From the IMG/VR virus record IMGVR_UViG_3300013093_000039: DNA of 64,000 bases; one strand, 5' to 3'. The notes beneath the pieces are model-generated. The model was not told the origin of the DNA. It saw only the letters and a program-made list of their open reading frames with translations, and did not search any database. Made by a program: the position numbers and the translations under genes. Positions 58,906 to 64,000 of the stretch are shown piece by piece; position 1 is the stretch's first letter, and each line of letters starts with the position of its first letter. The stretch is from an uncultured virus (IMG/VR IMGVR_UViG_3300013093_000039). Lineage: Duplodnaviria > Heunggongvirae > Uroviricota > Caudoviricetes.

Positions 58906-59739
58906 TTGTTAAATATAGCTATGAATGAGGCTAGTAAAGTTATTGAACTGTTAAAAGAATTAGAATTAAAAACATCATTTACTGTATATATTCCTTCTTT
59001 ACAAAGAGAGGTACCATTTAAGCAATTAACAACAGAGCAGCTTAAAAGAATACTTAAAACCGCTCTTGTAGCTCCTATCTATAATACAGATTTTATCTTA
59101 ACGTTTAATAATATTATTCGAGAAAATTGTCTAGATAAATCTATTAACGTAAACACTTTAACCATTTATGATAAAGTTCTTATTACTTATAAAACAAAAA
59201 TAGTAAGCATATCCCCTGAGTATACATTTAATTTTACTGAAAACGAAATAGGCACATATCTTTTACAAGAAACAAATAAGACAATCGACCTTACTGATAT
59301 TTTTAATAATTTTATAGATAAAAAAATAGTATTTGAACCTAAAACTATTAGTGATGATAACTGTACGGTTATTTGTAATATCCCGACACTTTTAACAGAA
59401 GATAAGTTAGAAAAAGAAATACATAAAGATATCGTATTAGATTTTGATTACGAAAAAGAAATAAACAAAATAATAGGAGAAGCATTTGTTAGTGAAATAA
59501 CAAAATACGTTATCTCTATTAGTATAGGAGACACTAGTGTCGATTTATTACAAATACCTTTTAAAGATAGAATAAGCATTATTGAAAGCTTACCAATTAA
59601 TGTCACAGGTGAGATATTAAAATATATAGAAAACTATAAAGAAGCTATTGAACCGCTTCAGTCTTATTTGTTTGTAACAGATAAAGGTTTAACGTTTAAA
59701 AAAGATATTCTTTTAGATCCTACGTTCTTTAATATTTAA
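58906..59739 (+). CDS. Second gp26-like baseplate hub assembly protein
   Basis: IPSLQREVPFKQLTTEQLK and LTIYDK. Confidence 0.55.
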   Translation: MLNIAMNEASKVIELLKELELKTSFTVYIPSLQREVPFKQLTTEQLKRILKTALVAPIYNTDFILTFNNIIRENCLDKSINVNTLTIYDKVLITYKTKIVSISPEYTFNFTENEIGTYLLQETNKTIDLTDIFNNFIDKKIVFEPKTISDDNCTVICNIPTLLTEDKLEKEIHKDIVLDFDYEKEINKIIGEAFVSEITKYVISISIGDTSVDLLQIPFKDRISIIESLPINVTGEILKYIENYKEAIEPLQSYLFVTDKGLTFKKDILLDPTFFNI

Positions 59740-59773
59740 AACCTAAAACTATCTTCTTAAATAATATAAGGAG

Positions 59774-61552
59774 ATGGACACAAATAAATTATCACCTAAA
59801 GTAGAAGCTTTTCTAGAAAAATATCTAGAGGAGTCCTTATTACCTATATTTGTTAAGCATTTTACTAAATCAGTAGAAAGTAGTCTCGCTACAACAAAAA
59901 AAGCTTCTCTAGCTGAGCGCTTCAATGAACAAGGAGGTTTATTTGGCATAGCTGGAAACTTGTTAAAAAATTCGTATAACAAGTATAAAGATAAAAAAGC
60001 AAATAAAGATATTAATGCTTCAACTGCTACAGAGCAACCTAAAGATGATAACACTTTAAAAACAGTTGATAATACTAATATTAATACTGCTGTTCCTGAG
60101 CAAGTAAAAGCAGTTGCAGAACCAGTAGCTACTACTGATGCTCCAAAAGGTAAAAAGCATCTTATTAAAGATGATAATATATCCGTTATGATTGGCGGTA
60201 TCTCTGTAAAAGGAGTTCAAAATTTAAGAAGATCTTTACCATTAGTTTTTAAACCTATTTTAGATGATTTTTTCAAACGCTTAGGTAGTACAGAATTAAA
60301 AACAAATATTAAACAAACAGCTGCAGCTCCCGCTAAAGATGATAGCGGTCAAGATAATGGACTTTTAGGCGCTGCTTGGGACTTTTTCAAAAAGAAAAAA
60401 GGTACTGTAGCAGGAGATTTTGCAAGAAATCGTAAAGCAGCTCAATTACGTAAAGCTCGCGCTCTACGTACAACAGAAAATACATTAAAGACAACAGCTA
60501 CTACAACAAGTAAAGAGGCAGTAGAAGTAGGAGCTAAAACTGTAGGAAAAGAAGCTGTAGAATCAGGAATTAAATCTGTTGGTACTGAAGCTGTAGAATC
60601 AGGAATTAAATCTGTTGGTACTGAAGCTGTAGAATCAGGAGCTAAAGTAGCTGCTGAATCTGGAGGTAAAAATGTTTTAAAGCAAGCAACAGGTAAGATA
60701 GGTAAAGTAGCTTCTTTAGCTGCTGCAGCTGGAGGCTCAGTAAAAAGTAAAATTGCTGAATCTATAGCTAAAAGAATACCAAAAGCAATGGCAGGGGCTA
60801 TAGGTAAATCGATACCGTTTTTAGGAGAATTAGTAGGAGCTGGGTTTGCCGTTAGTCGTTTACTAAAAGGGGATTATGTAGGAGCAGGATTAGAGGCAGT
60901 CTCAGGTTTAGGTTCAGCTGCTACAGCTATTCCTGCTACTGCACTTTTAACTGCAAAAGATGTTTACGAAGATGCTTATGGTGTTAAACCTGAATCTGAT
61001 CCTAAGGTAGGAGAAAGATTTACTGAAATAAAAGATGCTACAACCAAAGCTGCAACAGATTTTGTTAAAGGGGTTGGAGAAAAAAATAAACCAAAAGAGG
61101 AACCTAAGAAAGATAATAATACAGCAGCTACTGTTACACCAACTACCGGTTCAACACCTACAGAGACTGATGTAACTGCTGCCCCTGTCTCTACCACAAA
61201 TACACCTCCTGCTTCTACTCCAGACATAGCCGCTACAACTTCTCCTGCTGTACAGCCCTCAGTACCTAGCGTACAGCCAGTTCCTACCCCTACCCCTACT
61301 TCACCTACATCAACAGGTACAGATAACGGACATGTGCTTAACGATATATCTGACCATACTAGTAAAACAAACGATCTTTTGGGTGCGTTAACTCAAGCAA
61401 TAATGAAGCTAGCTCAAAAACCTATGGGAGCAGTTGCTAATAATAGTAGTGTATCTGTAGGAGGACAATCTTCACCTCAACCTTCAGCTTCAGAAATTAT
61501 GGCTAATAATAGTGACCCTATTAGATCAGTAAGATCAAAATACGGATCTTAA
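59774..61552 (+). CDS. Tape-measure/hub-like tail protein
   Basis: Ala/Gly/Lys-rich; KSIPFLGELVGAGFAVSRL..GDYVGAGLE membrane-like segment; Thr/Pro tail; position in the tail module. Confidence 0.55.
   Translation: MDTNKLSPKVEAFLEKYLEESLLPIFVKHFTKSVESSLATTKKASLAERFNEQGGLFGIAGNLLKNSYNKYKDKKANKDINASTATEQPKDDNTLKTVDNTNINTAVPEQVKAVAEPVATTDAPKGKKHLIKDDNISVMIGGISVKGVQNLRRSLPLVFKPILDDFFKRLGSTELKTNIKQTAAAPAKDDSGQDNGLLGAAWDFFKKKKGTVAGDFARNRKAAQLRKARALRTTENTLKTTATTTSKEAVEVGAKTVGKEAVESGIKSVGTEAVESGIKSVGTEAVESGAKVAAESGGKNVLKQATGKIGKVASLAAAAGGSVKSKIAESIAKRIPKAMAGAIGKSIPFLGELVGAGFAVSRLLKGDYVGAGLEAVSGLGSAATAIPATALLTAKDVYEDAYGVKPESDPKVGERFTEIKDATTKAATDFVKGVGEKNKPKEEPKKDNNTAATVTPTTGSTPTETDVTAAPVSTTNTPPASTPDIAATTSPAVQPSVPSVQPVPTPTPTSPTSTGTDNGHVLNDISDHTSKTNDLLGALTQAIMKLAQKPMGAVANNSSVSVGGQSSPQPSASEIMANNSDPIRSVRSKYGS
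60551..60640 (+). repeat. 36-bp in-frame tandem repeat x2.5 (EAVESGIKSVGT)
   Basis: 60551-60586 is identical to 60587-60622, followed by an 18-bp partial copy. Confidence 0.95.
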
Positions 61553-61564
61553 ATATTATAGTAT

Positions 61565-62611
61565 ATGGCTCAAAGTACATCTCCTTCAGCAATGTTTAAT
61601 AATGCAAATAGTAACGCAGTTACATCTACTATTGGACCAGCTAAAGATAATGCTAATAATGTTGTTATTAACAATTCAGATCAACCATGGGATGTTGTTA
61701 GTAAATATACCTGGACATTAACTCCTCCTTCTTCCCCCGCTATAGCTGAAACTCCTTATATACTTTTAACTGAATATAAAGTAGATGAAGCTTTTATTAA
61801 ACAACAAATTTCTAATTTTTTAAATAATTCTAAAGATATTATAGGCGATACATATCAAGGAATTAAAAATGTTTTTACATATAAAACAACATATAAAAAA
61901 GATCCCGATCCGTTAGCCCCTTATAAATCTTTATATAAAAAAGATCAGTCAACAAAAACTAATAATATATACAAATTTCCTTATTTTGATGATATTAATT
62001 TTGAAATTAATACATCTCCTTGGGAATCAATAGATGCTTTAGGATCTGCAGGGAGTATAGGAGGTGAGCTTTCTAAAGTTGCTTTTGGTAAAAATGCAGA
62101 CAAAGTTAATAATTTTGCAAGCGGTGTTACAAAACTTGGTTCTGCTGCGTTAGCTTTTTCTTCTCCTAAGGTAGGTGTAGCTGATCGTCCTAAACTATGG
62201 TCTTCCCATTCTCCAAGAACAATTAATATTAAATTTCCATTGTTTAATACGCAAAGTCCTGATGATTGGGAAAAAAATAGAAACTTATGTAAATTATTAA
62301 TCAATCAAAATTTATTTCAAAAAATTGATACGGTAAGTAATATACCCCCTGTATTTTACGAATTAGTTATTCCAGGACAACATTACAGTTATGCTTCTGC
62401 TGTAAGTAAATTAACTATTAATAATAGAGGAAATATGCGCTCTTTAGTAGATAGTAAAGGACAAGTTTGTGTAGTACCAGACGCTTATGAAGTAAATATG
62501 ACATTAGAAGATCTTGTTATGCCTAGTCAAAATTTATTCGGAGCAATTGATAGTGTATCTAAACAAGTAACAACATCTATACGAACAGCTCAACAAGCTA
62601 TAAAAAAATAA
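61565..62611 (+). CDS. Baseplate/tail-tube-associated protein (gp48-like)
   Basis: RTINIKFPLFNT, PPVFYEL, VPDAYEVNMTL; upstream of a gp53-like gene. Confidence 0.55.
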   Translation: MAQSTSPSAMFNNANSNAVTSTIGPAKDNANNVVINNSDQPWDVVSKYTWTLTPPSSPAIAETPYILLTEYKVDEAFIKQQISNFLNNSKDIIGDTYQGIKNVFTYKTTYKKDPDPLAPYKSLYKKDQSTKTNNIYKFPYFDDINFEINTSPWESIDALGSAGSIGGELSKVAFGKNADKVNNFASGVTKLGSAALAFSSPKVGVADRPKLWSSHSPRTINIKFPLFNTQSPDDWEKNRNLCKLLINQNLFQKIDTVSNIPPVFYELVIPGQHYSYASAVSKLTINNRGNMRSLVDSKGQVCVVPDAYEVNMTLEDLVMPSQNLFGAIDSVSKQVTTSIRTAQQAIKK

Positions 62612-62614
62612 TAT

Positions 62615-62971
62615 ATGAATCAAAATAGTATTCAGACTTTACCTTCTCTAACAGACGAAAATTACGAACAAATTTTTAATGTCTACCAAGATAATAATGG
62701 GTATTATTACTATAATTTACTTCAATCGGTAATTATACCAGCTAATTTACCTCCAGGTTTTTATACAAAATATAACGTTGTAAACGGAGATACTTGGCCT
62801 TATATATCTTATAAGAATTATAATACTCCTAATCTTTGGTGGGTTATATTAAATTCTAATAATATTATTGATCCTACCTCCATACCTACCCCAGGTACTT
62901 CTCTTTATATTTTAGATTCTAATATAGTTTCTCAAATATTAAACAAGATTGCTAATTCTATTAATCAATAA
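62615..62971 (+). CDS. gp53: LysM-like baseplate wedge protein (gp53-like)
   Basis: GDTWPYISYKNYNTPNLWWVILNSNNIIDP. Confidence 0.8.
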   Translation: MNQNSIQTLPSLTDENYEQIFNVYQDNNGYYYYNLLQSVIIPANLPPGFYTKYNVVNGDTWPYISYKNYNTPNLWWVILNSNNIIDPTSIPTPGTSLYILDSNIVSQILNKIANSINQ

Positions 62972-62972
62972 G

Positions 62973-64000
62973 ATGAATGTAGTACAATCAGCTGTTTTTC
63001 AGTCAAAATTTAATCAATTAGATTATGAAGTTGAAATTTATTTAGATAACGGTGTTGATCAGTTTCCAATTAACTCTAATGCTATTATCTCTTTAGATAT
63101 TGAAGAGTCTTTATCAAATTGGCTTGTAGGAGGTACTTTATCTTTTTTATACGACCCAGAAGCAGGTGCAAATGCTTTTAGCAAAGTTACTGGTCAAGTA
63201 GCTAACGCTACAACAAACGTTAACGAAAATTCTCTTAAACCTTTTTATGTTTTTAGAAACGATGGAAGTGATTTATTACGTGTTAGGCTAATACCTAAAA
63301 TACAAAATAAAAATAATGCAGCAGCTAATAGTGATCTACCCGATAATATTGATAAGGTAATGTGGACACTCTCTTATCTTTTCTCTGTTTATGATGCTGA
63401 AGATGTAGATAAGCTTCCAGGTATAACAGGCTCAGCGTCGGCAACAATGAAAGGGCTAAAATTATATTTTTGGGATTTTTGGTATCAAAAAATGTCTACA
63501 AATACATTAGAGTATTCTACTGGTCTCTCTCCTCTTGCTACTACTGATCAAAATACCCCAGGTACAAATTTCTATAATTCAGCTACCATACCTACTGGTA
63601 TGGCTATTAAAGAAATTATTGAGCAATCTTTAAGTGATATTAAACAAACAAATAACGCTCAAAATTCATCTACTAATTGGACCACACCATATATTAATTA
63701 CGACCCTGTAGGAAGTGGTAAAGACTGGGATCAAGGTGGTGGAGAAATATTTTTTACAGCACCTGCAGAGTCAACAGCTGCTGAATGTTTGGATTACGTT
63801 TATAGTTATCACGTAAGTGGAGATTTAGACGCTGGAGGTACAACAAATATACCTAGAGATTTTTGTATATTAACTAAAGAAAGAGGTCCTACAGAATTAG
63901 ATATTGGTTATTTTTCTTTAAAGCCCTTAGCTTCTTATTATGAAAAAGCGGGTAAAACAGAAACTGCTCCAGGTGAATACCAATACGAACATTTTTACTT
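62973..64000 (+). CDS. Baseplate/tail protein, truncated by window end (possibly gp27-like hub)
   Basis: Open frame from ATG 62973 (MNVVQSAVF...LDIEESLSNWLVGGTL) toward the end of the window. Confidence 0.6.
   Translation, partial: MNVVQSAVFQSKFNQLDYEVEIYLDNGVDQFPINSNAIISLDIEESLSNWLVGGTLSFLYDPEAGANAFSKVTGQVANATTNVNENSLKPFYVFRNDGSDLLRVRLIPKIQNKNNAAANSDLPDNIDKVMWTLSYLFSVYDAEDVDKLPGITGSASATMKGLKLYFWDFWYQKMSTNTLEYSTGLSPLATTDQNTPGTNFYNSATIPTGMAIKEIIEQSLSDIKQTNNAQNSSTNWTTPYINYDPVGSGKDWDQGGGEIFFTAPAESTAAECLDYVYSYHVSGDLDAGGTTNIPRDFCILTKERGPTELDIGYFSLKPLASYYEKAGKTETAPGEYQYEHFY

Noticed and set aside
57319..60640. Tandem repeats as a possible CRISPR array
   Set aside because: The units are contiguous, lack spacers, are multiples of 3 and lie in coding frames
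169..62304. Many short antisense or alternate-frame ORFs in the track (e.g. 169-459, 3065-3355, 8056-8535, 13887-14511, 29435-30220, 44562-44861, 47875-48147, 57222-57760, 60976-62304)
   Set aside because: They lie within well-supported genes and have no motifs or start signals; they are shadow ORFs
1..64000. Stop-codon reassignment
   Set aside because: Core genes are full length in code 11, and TAA, TAG and TGA all terminate genes

Overview
AT-rich segment of a large T4-like myovirus genome in the standard genetic code. From left to right: (i) the end of a tRNA cluster, namely the 3' part of a group I intron inside an NAA-anticodon tRNA, an adjacent HNH endonuclease, tRNA-Arg(UCU) and tRNA-Asp(GUC); (ii) an accessory region with primase, queD/queE, two tandem Pol-beta-type nucleotidyltransferases (one fused to a HIGH-motif domain) and many small late genes with T4 internal-protein-like N-termini; (iii) the T4-like recombination and replication block (uvsY, uvsW, gp55, gp47, gp46, gp43, uvsX, gp41, gp32, gp45). 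This block is interrupted by a ~12.4-kb glycosylation island, a heme oxygenase + bilin reductase cassette and a dpdA-formyltransferase-kinase-queF block that, with folE2/queD/queE, points to 7-deazaguanine (probably formyl-preQ1) DNA modification; (iv) terminase, tail and baseplate genes. Replication genes appear to use leaderless sigma70-type promoters and late genes a TAA(A/G)TA element. All family calls come from motif recognition by eye, not from database searches.
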